A stretch of DNA of 64,000 nucleotides from Amoebophrya sp. A120 (taxonomy: Eukaryota > Protista > Dinoflagellata), in the NCBI GenBank assembly GCA_905178155.1, contig CAJINV010000004.1, forward strand, positions 10,585,655-10,649,654. The letters run 5' to 3'. How positions within the stretch are numbered: the stretch's first letter is position 1; every line of letters begins with the position of its first letter. Shown in pieces: positions 26,476 through 36,500 of this stretch. The notes beneath the pieces are model-generated. The model was given only the letters and a program-made list of their open reading frames with translations, was not told the origin of the DNA and made no database searches. The position numbers were made by a program, and so were the translations under genes.

Positions 26476-29400
26476 ATGTCTTCTCCACTTCACTCCTCGC
26501 CCGCGTCGAGCACCTGCCGGCACGCCAGCCCACCGTCTGGCCCTCCTCCGACCTCCGGTTTGTGTTTTGCGAGTACGGATGAGGGGCTGGAGAAGATTGC
26601 ACAGACGCTGGGCGGCGTGGGAGCGGACTACCAGGGCAGCTTTTGCTGCGAACTTCCCGAGCCGCCGGTTGTGCGAGTGAAGGCCTCGGGCGACGAGTTT
26701 CCGATCGTGCGGAAAGATTTGGACGAGCTGGTAGAGAAGCAGGAGGAGAAACTCGAAGAGATTCTCACGGTCGAGGACGACTGGAAGAAGGAGCACCGGA
26801 TGACTTGTGCGAGTGAGTGCGGTCCGGCTTTTCTGCGGTTCGTGGACAGTCTGTATCAAATGCACGCCGACCAACAGAGCGCCGCGTTGGAGTCGGGCAC
26901 CCGGAAGCGCGTAAATGCGCTCCTTTTGGACCAGCACGCCCGGCTCGACCCCCTGATCGAGCAGATGAAGCCATTCAGCAGAACTCGCACGTACGAGCTC
27001 GAACATGAGCCAGTGCTGCCGCACGTTCTCGGGGAACGCGCGCGGGCTCTTGGGCGCAGGGACGTCGAGGTGTTCGCCGGGTCCCAGTCGTTATTGCAGC
27101 ACCTGACGTGTACAGGCTTACCAACGCGGGTGCGCGACGCGCTCAGCTTCCCTTTCGATATTGAGTTCGAGTTTCTGCGCTTGGAGGTCGATAGCGGTAT
27201 GCGGGTTTTGACCAGCCGCGAAGAACTACAGGCCGAGAAAGAGCAGATGGAGGAAACCCGCCGCCGACAGAAAGAATCGTTGCGGAGGGTCTTCATCGGG
27301 AGCGAAGAACTCAGAGCCGTTTTATTTGGTTCTTCAACTGCCGAGGATAAAGAAAAAGAAGCGAAGAAAAATAATTCTTCCGCGTCGGCTGCCCCGCCCC
27401 CGCCTGCTGTTCCTGTTCCCAAGCTCGATGAGAAATCGGACGACGAGGAGATGGAGTACAAGGACCTCCGCGCCAAGGTAGCGGATCCGCAACTAGTCGC
27501 GGAAATCCCCGAGAAGGCACCAGTGAGTCCGCATCCGAACGCGCGTTGGAGAGACCATGCAGCTAGGGCCCATCCGCATGAAGTCCGTGAGCCGGGCTTT
27601 GACGTGCTGCGCCGACGGGAGGACATCCGTGACAGGACGGTCGGAACTTTGGTCGCGATTCTCCCCGGTGCAGTAAAAAGCCCCATCACAGGGGAGATGA
27701 AGCTCGGCAGGCGAACAGCATCGGCACCTTTGCAATCCGAAGCTGATGAGCGGGTCTTCCTGCCCTTGGGGGGAGCGTACGAAAACGACATACCGCTGGA
27801 ATATCAGCGCTTTCTCGCGGAGGGGGAGGGCGAAATAGAGGAGGAGGAAATCTCGCCATCATCTTCTAACGACAGTGCAGAGGCTTTTAGTCAGAGCGCG
27901 GCGGAGCAGCCGGCACCGGGATTACAGGATCAAAAGGACCACGTCATCGAGCCTGCAGACGGGGAAAAGCGAGAAAGCACAGGTGCAGTGCGAAAAGCAA
28001 AAAAGGCGCCAGCTGATGTAGCAAAAGAGGCGTCTTCGAACCTCCAGTGCTTTGCGTTACTGCGGGGGGCGGAATGGAAGCTAAAGGGCTGTGGCTACGA
28101 CTCCTTTGACCGGTGCTGCCCTGGGGCGCTTGGGCACAAGGTGGTGGCGGTGTTTCGTATTCTGCGAAAGAGAGCGACACCGATGCTGGACCTCCGGCCG
28201 TTTCTCCCGGGGGAACCGCGGCCCGGCTTGCACGATGACTTCGACGCGGCGCTGGAGCTCGAGAAAAAGGCGCTACTCGAGAAAGGCCACGTCAAGGAGC
28301 ACATCGAAGCCGACCGCGCTTACTCGTTCGACCGGACTCGATGGGACTTGGAAACGGGCAAAACAGAGACGGAGGACCGTCGGAACATCTCGAACCGGCT
28401 CGCAAAGGTTCTTGGCGCTCTGTGGAGGAGCCCGAACTTTCTGCACAGTGGCGGCGTCATCGGGTTCCCGAGCTACACCAAGTACGAAAATCGCGATCTC
28501 TTTCCCGGACGCTCGCACACGGCGGCAAAACCACTGACAGCCTTCGCAAAAAGCAGGCTGGCCGAGCTAGACGGCGCTGTTGCTAACGCAATTGACAAAG
28601 CCTTCCTGGGAAGAGTGCGGCGCCGAGCAGAGTCCGGTAACGCCGGTGCAACGACGCAAGCAGAGGCAGCTGAGCTGTACTATCATCCGCACCTGGTCAT
28701 CCGTGACGACACGTCGGATCACCTCAAGCGAAATACGCGCGCACCGGACATGGTCCTGCTGCGGAAGCTGCCGCTCTACCGCTTCCGCACCCGGCACACC
28801 GCGGACTCCGAAAATCGCGACGCGGAGCACGTCTCTGTGCTCTGTGGCCGGAACGTCAAGTTGACTGAAAACACGAAGATTCCAGTTTTCCCTCAGAGGA
28901 TCGGCGGCTATGTGCCGGACGACGAGGCCGAAGAGTACTCGCTGGATCAGGACATGCGGGAGTTTTCAGATTTGGTCGTCGATTTGAACAACTTTTTGTC
29001 TCCTGATAAGCTTCAGCCACTTGGAACCTTGGAACTCGGCGGGGTGACCCACTGGGTGCGGGGCGAGGCGGAGCTGAACGAGAGTCAGATGGAGCAGCCC
29101 TTCGTCGGGGACGACTGGCTTATCAGTAAGAAAGACGATCAGCGGACGGAGTTTCGGACGCTGGCCGACCCGGATGGTTATGACGCTATCCAGCTTCACA
29201 TCTGTGGCGCTTTCAAACTGGCCGTTCCTCCTGCGGCGGAGCGATGCGTCTTTGGGAGCACAGACGAGGCCCTACTCTCTCCTCGCGATCGCACAGTTTA
29301 CAATGAGCTGCTGGAACATGCTACAGCGATTCCCGAAGAGGCGATCAGTCCTAGCGCAAAGACAACGAAATTGGATTTCGCAAACCCACGGCATCGGCAC

Positions 29401-30897
29401 CCATTGGAGGTGCGCGCAGAGATTCTTGATGCTCTCACGTTTTGGTGGCGCAGATGCATCTGGCGTCCGTTCGCCGACCGAACACAGAACTACACCCACG
29501 TGGCTACCGAGCACCTCATCTTGGGCGATTCCGTGCCCGACTATGAGAAGATCCGGAGAAAGCGTCACATGCCCGGAGATAAGTGGGACAGCTTCGACGC
29601 TGGCCTCAGGGTCGGTGACCTGCTCAGCGCCAAAGATTTCCCTTGGACGCTGGTTTTTCCATCAAATCGGCAGGTTAAGGAGATGAAACGCGGCGAGGTA
29701 TCGAGGCTTAGCTACGACTGGAATGAATCCGTTCTGCCCTGCGCGTACAAGGAGCTCTTCGCGAAGAGATTCCTGGAAAATCGTAAGGCGTCGACGGCCG
29801 ACAATCACGCGAAAGCAACGAACGCGACATCCTGCAGCCCCAACGGAACACTTGCCCCGCTCGAAATGGTGTTCGACGACGCAGAGACCTTCGATTCTGA
29901 AGCGCCATTGAAAGAAGGCCCTCGCGCGGACACGCACTTGGTGCGAACTGCTCTGAAAGCCGGTGCGACTGTGCGACTGCGATGGTACATGCAGGAAATG
30001 CGCGAAGCTCCGCCGGACCAGGTACAGGACAGCAGGTTCGGTCTCTGGGGCGACGCGGAGAACGGTGTGCTTCCTCTGCAGAGCTTTCCACCGGTGTTAG
30101 ACGACGCGTCTAGCTGGCTCCAGCAAACTGTGTACTACGGGGAACGCGCTTTCCGACCGCGGCGAGCAGTGCAGCTAGCGAACGCGTTGCCAACGGAATG
30201 GCCAACATTCAAAAGCCGAAAGGAGTTGCGGGAGTTTTTGCTCGAGAATGTGGGCCGGATGTACGACACAACTGCGAAGCATGGTACTGCCTCCGCAGAG
30301 AAGAACGGGGACGAAACGCAGGAGCACGGCGGGAAAAAGAAGCACGAAAACTTACCAGCCTTTGAGGCAGATGGCATCGACGACGAGGATGTGTGGGTGG
30401 CTCCGCTGTCCTGGTTTCCAGACAATCGGCGGGACTTCGAGGACGGCAGCGCGGACCGAGCTCGGAAAGATGTAGTCCGCATTCCGATCCAGAAGAAACA
30501 ACAGAAGGAAGATAAGCAAGAAACTGCAAAGAAAAAACCGCAGGAGGGGGAAACTCTGTACATTTCATTCTCGATGAACATTCACTTCATACATACAGGT
30601 GCTTTTAGTTGTCGTATGTGTAAAATTCACTTTCACTATGAATCTCCAATGCTGCTCCCGACCTCTCCCAGGTTGCCGTCGGAAACCGAAGACGTCGAGG
30701 AAGTCGCTGCTTTGCCTGAGGACGATCCCGAAGCTGCTGATGCGTATTTTTACCTCGGAGCCGCATTCCACATTACCTTTCCGGGTACCGCGAATCCATA
30801 CCTCCTGTATGGTCTCCCGACGGCGCCCACGGGAAAAAGCACCGATAGCAAGCAGCAAGCTGCCAGCCCGGCGGCCAAGCGGCAGAAGATCTGCTAG
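26476..30897 (+). CDS. Large intronless hypothetical protein (~1470 aa)
   Basis: Uninterrupted ORF; ATG 26476 follows a polypyrimidine/AG acceptor (ends 26466); C-terminal NLS-like PAAKRQK; no family recognised. Confidence 0.8.
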   Translation: MSSPLHSSPASSTCRHASPPSGPPPTSGLCFASTDEGLEKIAQTLGGVGADYQGSFCCELPEPPVVRVKASGDEFPIVRKDLDELVEKQEEKLEEILTVEDDWKKEHRMTCASECGPAFLRFVDSLYQMHADQQSAALESGTRKRVNALLLDQHARLDPLIEQMKPFSRTRTYELEHEPVLPHVLGERARALGRRDVEVFAGSQSLLQHLTCTGLPTRVRDALSFPFDIEFEFLRLEVDSGMRVLTSREELQAEKEQMEETRRRQKESLRRVFIGSEELRAVLFGSSTAEDKEKEAKKNNSSASAAPPPPAVPVPKLDEKSDDEEMEYKDLRAKVADPQLVAEIPEKAPVSPHPNARWRDHAARAHPHEVREPGFDVLRRREDIRDRTVGTLVAILPGAVKSPITGEMKLGRRTASAPLQSEADERVFLPLGGAYENDIPLEYQRFLAEGEGEIEEEEISPSSSNDSAEAFSQSAAEQPAPGLQDQKDHVIEPADGEKRESTGAVRKAKKAPADVAKEASSNLQCFALLRGAEWKLKGCGYDSFDRCCPGALGHKVVAVFRILRKRATPMLDLRPFLPGEPRPGLHDDFDAALELEKKALLEKGHVKEHIEADRAYSFDRTRWDLETGKTETEDRRNISNRLAKVLGALWRSPNFLHSGGVIGFPSYTKYENRDLFPGRSHTAAKPLTAFAKSRLAELDGAVANAIDKAFLGRVRRRAESGNAGATTQAEAAELYYHPHLVIRDDTSDHLKRNTRAPDMVLLRKLPLYRFRTRHTADSENRDAEHVSVLCGRNVKLTENTKIPVFPQRIGGYVPDDEAEEYSLDQDMREFSDLVVDLNNFLSPDKLQPLGTLELGGVTHWVRGEAELNESQMEQPFVGDDWLISKKDDQRTEFRTLADPDGYDAIQLHICGAFKLAVPPAAERCVFGSTDEALLSPRDRTVYNELLEHATAIPEEAISPSAKTTKLDFANPRHRHPLEVRAEILDALTFWWRRCIWRPFADRTQNYTHVATEHLILGDSVPDYEKIRRKRHMPGDKWDSFDAGLRVGDLLSAKDFPWTLVFPSNRQVKEMKRGEVSRLSYDWNESVLPCAYKELFAKRFLENRKASTADNHAKATNATSCSPNGTLAPLEMVFDDAETFDSEAPLKEGPRADTHLVRTALKAGATVRLRWYMQEMREAPPDQVQDSRFGLWGDAENGVLPLQSFPPVLDDASSWLQQTVYYGERAFRPRRAVQLANALPTEWPTFKSRKELREFLLENVGRMYDTTAKHGTASAEKNGDETQEHGGKKKHENLPAFEADGIDDEDVWVAPLSWFPDNRRDFEDGSADRARKDVVRIPIQKKQQKEDKQETAKKKPQEGETLYISFSMNIHFIHTGAFSCRMCKIHFHYESPMLLPTSPRLPSETEDVEEVAALPEDDPEAADAYFYLGAAFHITFPGTANPYLLYGLPTAPTGKSTDSKQQAASPAAKRQKIC

Positions 30898-32037
30898 GGT
30901 GGAGAAATGAATAGAGCCTGATTTTTTTATGAGAAACGTGGTTCTGTGTTGATGATGATGAAGGTTTCAAGTTTACTTTGAAAAGTACTACTACCGGCCA
31001 ATGACGGATGCACACGACGCAGCTTTGCACAGAATAAATTGTGGTTGAAAAAACTGCAACGCAACAGAATTAAAATCGGTATGAAATCACTTCCAAAACT
31101 CTGTGTGTGAGCTTGATGTTTTCGTTGAAGCGAAAGAAGGAAAATCAAGGGTGCTATGATCGACTTCTTAGCATTGGGCCGTGTCTTCGACGAGACTCTT
31201 TGTTTCTCTGCGGCATGTTGTGTCATTTTTTTTTGGTTTTATTTTCAAAACCTACTCGGGTGGTCTATTAACCACCCAAGTTGTGTAGTAGTTTACTGCT
31301 AAATCCTAAACTTCCAAGATGAAGTTGAAGATCGTATTAAGCTTCCGGTTGTGTAAATATCTTTAAAGGTGCGGCATTGAGGTAGTGTTTTTGGTGATGT
31401 TAGGAGAGCGCTGTTGTAAGAGTCAAACGAGCGCTGCGTTTGACTTTCTTTTTTTTCCTTTTTTTCGACTTCCCGATTGAATGGTGATGAGAGACGGCAG
31501 ACCTTGTGAACTGCCTCTCACCGTAACTCCATCGCTGTTTGCTGAGTGACCGTAGATACAGAGGCGTGAGAGCAGCGAGAGTTTTAAACTTGGTCGCCGG
31601 GAAAGGACCGCGGTACGTGTTAAAGGCTTCGCACTTCGTAGTTAAACTCTTACAAGCTCTGAGGATCCATCAAGCTCGCCTTGTCCCGATGCTATGGTGG
31701 AAAAGCAGACTCATTATTGGCAGCGAAAGTCCAAAAAAGCTGTTGTTGTCCATGAACTCACACGTGTCGCCTTGTCCCCATCTAAAACTGCAGTTTTGTT
31801 AGTTCGGGAATGCTCCTGGGCTCTTTTTCTGCGAAAAGACTGAACCTACGTAGATTGATGTGTGGCGATCTCGACAAGTCACGACTTGTAGCCGGTTTGA
31901 GGGTTTTTACAAGACGAAGACCATTATTCTGACAAGTGTGTGTGAAGAGAAAACAAGAAAAGGGCAAAGCGGGAGCCGATGCATGGTTCCGATGCTCGAA
32001 GGTTGTAAGGTTGGTAAGTTGTAAGTTTGTAATAAAG

Positions 32038-32484
32038 ATGATGCTGCAGGGTTGTGTCGTCCATTCTGTGCCTGAGAAAGGTTATTGCTTCATTCGGGTA
32101 TCCGGCGAGCTGGCCGATTTCTTCGCGCATTTCACAGCGTGCAGTGGTTTCATCCCTGAGCGTGGGATCGAAGTCGTTTTTTGCTCTAGTCCGGGAAAAA
32201 GTGGCAAAGGACCAAGCGCGACAAAAGTCCGCCCGAGGACTACTTGCTCTTTACCTACCCCCAACGTCGACACAGTGTCTTTGGTGCAAAAGTGTAAGAA
32301 TTCCGCAGGCTTTGTGGACGGGTCGAAACTACAGGCGCAGGTTGGAACTACTACATCTCCTCCAGCGGTAGACGTTGGCGAGCGGGTGAAACAGCTCGAG
32401 GAAACAGTGTTAGTAATGGCAGAGAATTTCTCTGTAATGGCAAGCACAATCGGGAAGATGACGGAGCAGTTTGGGAAGCTTTGA
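32038..32484 (+). CDS. Cold-shock-domain (OB-fold) protein with a C-terminal coiled-coil-like segment
   Basis: MLQGCVVHSVPEKGYCFI (RNP1-like), DFFAHF (RNP2-like), GKGPSATKV; then ERVKQLEETVLVMAENFSVMASTIGKMTEQF. Confidence 0.78.
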   Translation: MMLQGCVVHSVPEKGYCFIRVSGELADFFAHFTACSGFIPERGIEVVFCSSPGKSGKGPSATKVRPRTTCSLPTPNVDTVSLVQKCKNSAGFVDGSKLQAQVGTTTSPPAVDVGERVKQLEETVLVMAENFSVMASTIGKMTEQFGKL

Positions 32485-32661
32485 AAAGGAAGGAAGCACG
32501 CTTCTGAAGGGGATGAACTTTGAAAAGGAAGGAAGCACGCTTCTGAAGGGGATGAACTTTGAAAAGGAAGGAAGCACGCTTCTGAAGGGGATGAACTTTG
32601 AAAAGGAAGGAAGCACGCTTCTGAAGGGGATGAACTTTGAAAAGGAAGGGGATGAACTTTT
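32479..32661. repeat. 39-bp tandem repeat, 4 identical copies plus a partial copy
   Basis: Unit ctttgaaaaggaaggaagcacgcttctgaaggggatgaa. Confidence 0.97.
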
Positions 32662-32889
32662 CAAACCTTTCCAATGTAGCTCCTCGGAGCATAGTCTTCT
32701 CGCCCATTCCAGCGCAGCTCTTCGGAGCCTAGTTTTTAGCTTCTCTAGTCTGCAAAAGGGTTTAGTTAAGTCTGTTTCTGCTCCAAACTTCTGACAAACG
32801 CAAATCTGTTTTACGGCCGACGTGGTGGTTAGGATTGCCTGACTGCTGCGTTGAGCCCAGCTTGCGTGACGGCGTTAGCCGCCGCACAC

Positions 32890-33152
32890 GTTAGCCGCCT
32901 CTACTAAATCTAGTAAGCGTGGTCAAGTCTTAGCTCATGAAAGCTCCAGCTGCACTCTTAAAGTTCTGGACCGCCACCTCCATCTACATCTACGGCGCCC
33001 CACCCAGTTTTGTATGAGGCCCGGGAAGAACTTGTCATGTATTGCGGGAGGGGTACAAGCATTACTGTTAGCCGCCTCTACTAGTACAGTAAGCGTGGTC
33101 GAGCTCTAGTTCATGAAAAAACCGGCTGCACTCTTAAAGTTCCGGTACGCCA
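32890..33152. ncRNA. Two diverged copies (32890-32976, 33067-33152) of an ~87-nt putative structured RNA motif
   Basis: Conserved blocks gttagccgcctctacta / agtaagcgtggtc / tcatgaaa / ctgcactcttaaagtt; flanking stem tccag..ctgga versus accgg..ccggt (compensatory changes). Confidence 0.45.
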
Positions 33153-33578
33153 ATCCCCTTGCGTGCGTGCGTGACACCTCTGATCTGATCTGATCGAGAC
33201 TCTTTGTTTCTCTGCGGCATGTTGTGTCATTTTGACATTCGGTTCCACATATAGAAGAAAAAGGTTCGTCGACAGAGATTTCATTGCCTCGTTGAAAAAT
33301 GAAGAGGGTGTCTTGAGCGAAGGAAATACAGCTTCGTCAGCTCTACTTCTAGACGGTCGTGGGGAGTATTACTAGAATTGGCAGTAGTCTGAGTGACTGA
33401 TGAATAAAGGGCGTACTCCGCGCGCTGAGAGTCGACCGCAGTATTTTGCTCCGAGTCGAAATGAACGTCTCCTAATGATCAATGAAATCGATGATACTTC
33501 TAGAAGGGGTGCGTTTTTTTTCCTTGCGGCTGACTAGAGACAAACATACACAAAGTTTCGACTGAACCAAGAAATCTC

Positions 33579-36500
33579 ATGGTGGACGCCCAGGCGCAGG
33601 CGAGCCTGCAATTTCTGCAGGAGAACGTAGGCGAGGCACTGGCGGAGGGGTTCACGGCACTCAGTCTGGCGCAACCGGCAGATGGCGTTGAGTTTTTGTC
33701 CACGTTTCTCTCCCAATACGCTGTCGCGGCCAAGAAGAAGTCTGATAGGGATGCGGAGTTGAAAAAGATCGCAAAATTGAAAGCCGTTCTGGAGGCTGAG
33801 CAGGCAGAGCGAGACGCGGTAAAAGCTGCCGCAGAGAAGGCAGAAGCAGATAAGGAAGCAAGTATTTTTGTTTCGCATAATTCTTTTGTCACTTCTAGGA
33901 GCTTCCGCGCCTGTCATGCAGATTTTCGCGTTCGGGTACATATTCTAAACCAGTATTCAAATTCATTTACTAGATGGAAATAGAACAAACCTTCTGTATC
34001 TCACAGGATTCGCGGCCTGCGCCGAGACACTAAAGACCTGCGAGGCTTTATTCAACGAAAAAACTGTTTCACTGTGGTGCTCTTGCAAGATCTGCATCAC
34101 AAGTTTGCTACACATGACAAGGAAAATTTGCCATGCGCGCTTTACAAGGGAAAACACGCTTGAAAATCCAATGTCTTGCAGGTGTAGCAAGACAAACACT
34201 TTGGTGCTTCGTTCTCTGCATCACAAGTTCACAGTGAAACAGTTTTTTCTTGCGATAGGCCTGGTCAGATGGGGTGTGGGAGGAGGTCGTGCACAATAGT
34301 TGCGCCGTCCTCGGTATCAAATGTAAAAATGTCTGGGTCTGGAAGAATGCATGTTTGTCATGCTTGTCTGGCATGACTCTTAAATCTGTCATGCAAGTTA
34401 CCCAAGAGCCCCATTTTTCTGTGATGCAGAAGCGCACTTTGTCATGCAGAATAGGCAACACCTAGAAGCTCAGAAACTTGTGATGCTGAGCCAGCATTTC
34501 TGGCCTCATCATGAGACGCCACCCAGCATCACAAGTTTCCAGACCCCGACATTTTTACATTTGATACTCGGCGGAACCGCCGCATACTTGAGCACACTCT
34601 GCACAACAACAGAGGAGCCAGAACTGCAATACACACACGGTAGAAATAAAGTTCATCTGATTCATTATGTTTTTCCCTAAAGTTGTGCACGACGAAGATG
34701 TTTCTCGTTTTCCGCGACGAGAAAAGCAACCGACAAAAGTGCCCAGCAACGACAATAAATGAACAATGAATCTGAATCGTTCCCAAACAGGTCAACCACT
34801 GATGATCAACAAGCTCCTGAAGGCCAGCGAGGGCGTATCCCACAAGATTTTCGAGGAAATCCCCGAGCCCGAGGTCGAGGACGGCGTGGAGCCACCACCA
34901 CACAGGAAGTTTCAGCACCTCTACATCGAGTACGTTACCGTGAGGAAAAATCCCCCCTCCCCATATTGAAAACGTATGTTCCTAAATAAAATTTGTGATG
35001 CTGATTTGTGACCACAAATCCTGTCTCTCTTGCAAGAAGGCAAATCCAAAGAATTCGCAGCCTTATGGAGGCGATTTGTGACGCTGTTTCACGTACATGG
35101 CAGGCCTCTGTCATGCTAAGTGCCTACAGCAAAACACCCCTGCGCAGGCTGAGGCTTTGCTTGTAGTGCCTCACTGCAGGACAGGGCTGATTTGTGTACA
35201 CAAATCCAGCAACAGAAGTTTCCGTTTCGATATGGGGAGGGGGGATTTTTCACTTTGATATACGTCACGGACGAACCAGCCATGAAGTACTTCACCTGGA
35301 TGAAGCTCGGCGCCTACTTATCGTATTTAAAAACGTCCCCACCCCAACATAGTTGTAATGCAGATCTGCATGCTGAGCATTTTTCTCATGCGGAGCCCCA
35401 TGAGAAGCATTTTCTAGTCGTGTTTTAGAATTTGTCATGCTCAAATCAGCATAGTATACTAGATCTTTGATGCTGCTCAGCTAGCTCAAACAGCACTACA
35501 CTACGAGTCCAAATTTGTCATGCAAAACATCCAAAGCTTGTTGATTTGTCTAGCCGATTCCCCATCTTGACTATGGGGTGGGGACGTTTTTACATAGGAT
35601 ACTACTGCGCGGTCCCGATCGTGTACAACAGTTATCTGACGTTGGAGGCATTCGCGGCGTTCCTGGAATACGAGAAAAACCCACCAGTGCAGCCAGAGCC
35701 GGCGGAGGGGGAAGAGGCAGACCCAGATTGGACGCCACCACCACCGGAGGCACCAACGGTCGAGGTAAAGATGAGACACTGTTGTTTTGATTATGGGAAT
35801 AAAAAGTTTCTGTGATGTTATAACTGCAAGGGATACCAGTATGGATCTGGATGTCCTTGTGTGGAGGCTGCTATAATGCACATGTACGAATCAATAATCA
35901 AAATTATCAGGTAAGAATGGCCGTAGGAGTCGACTGCTTGGGAACAAATTTGAAGCTGAAGGCCGGGGAGGTCGACCGAGTGCACGGCCTGATGGACACA
36001 GTAGCGGCAGCAAAGAACAGGGTGGAGTATCAAGGTACTGTTTAAATGGTAAATTTCTCATGTTGCACGATTTTCGCGAAGGAATTCATTTTGTCTTGCA
36101 TCGCAACAATAAGTAATTTTGTCTAGGGCCGAACTGCTATCATCGAAAATTCAGACGTCTGGAACCAAGCCAAAATGTTCAACACCCCCTCCACTTTCGT
36201 GGATGCCTTCGAAGCCGCAAAGGGCGCCGCAGCCGACGTCGACGGTGTAACCGCGGCATACAAGGAGTCGATGGGTTTAGAGGAGTTGTCGGAAACCCAG
36301 ACGTATCAACTGCAAAAGTGTCTGGGTCTGGAAACTTGTAATGCTAAAAATGAATGCTAGACGCACTGCAATACGCAGCTATGCATGACAAATTTCTTGG
36401 CTGCCATGTCTTACGTATTCCGCATGGCAAACTGCGTTTTTGCATGACAGGCACGGGGGCTTTTTCGTCCCTATGCAACACAAAGTCTCGAGTCATGCCA

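Larger units (their letters stand above)
31191..33233. mobile_element. ~2-kb insertion flanked by 39-bp direct repeats (31191-31229 and 33195-33233); probable non-autonomous retroposed element
   Basis: Exact duplication of cgagactctttgtttctctgcggcatgttgtgtcatttt; T-run at the left junction, (TGATC)3 at the right junction; no RT or transposase ORF. Confidence 0.75.

Noticed and set aside
32479-32661. Possible CRISPR array
   Set aside because: Head-to-tail identical units with no unique spacers, no cas genes, eukaryotic context.
32890-33152. Hammerhead, twister, pistol, hatchet or HDV ribozyme assignment
   Set aside because: Only fragmentary resemblance (tcatgaaa, taagcgt, agtgcag); core consensus and helix order could not be fitted by eye, so it is left as an unknown motif.
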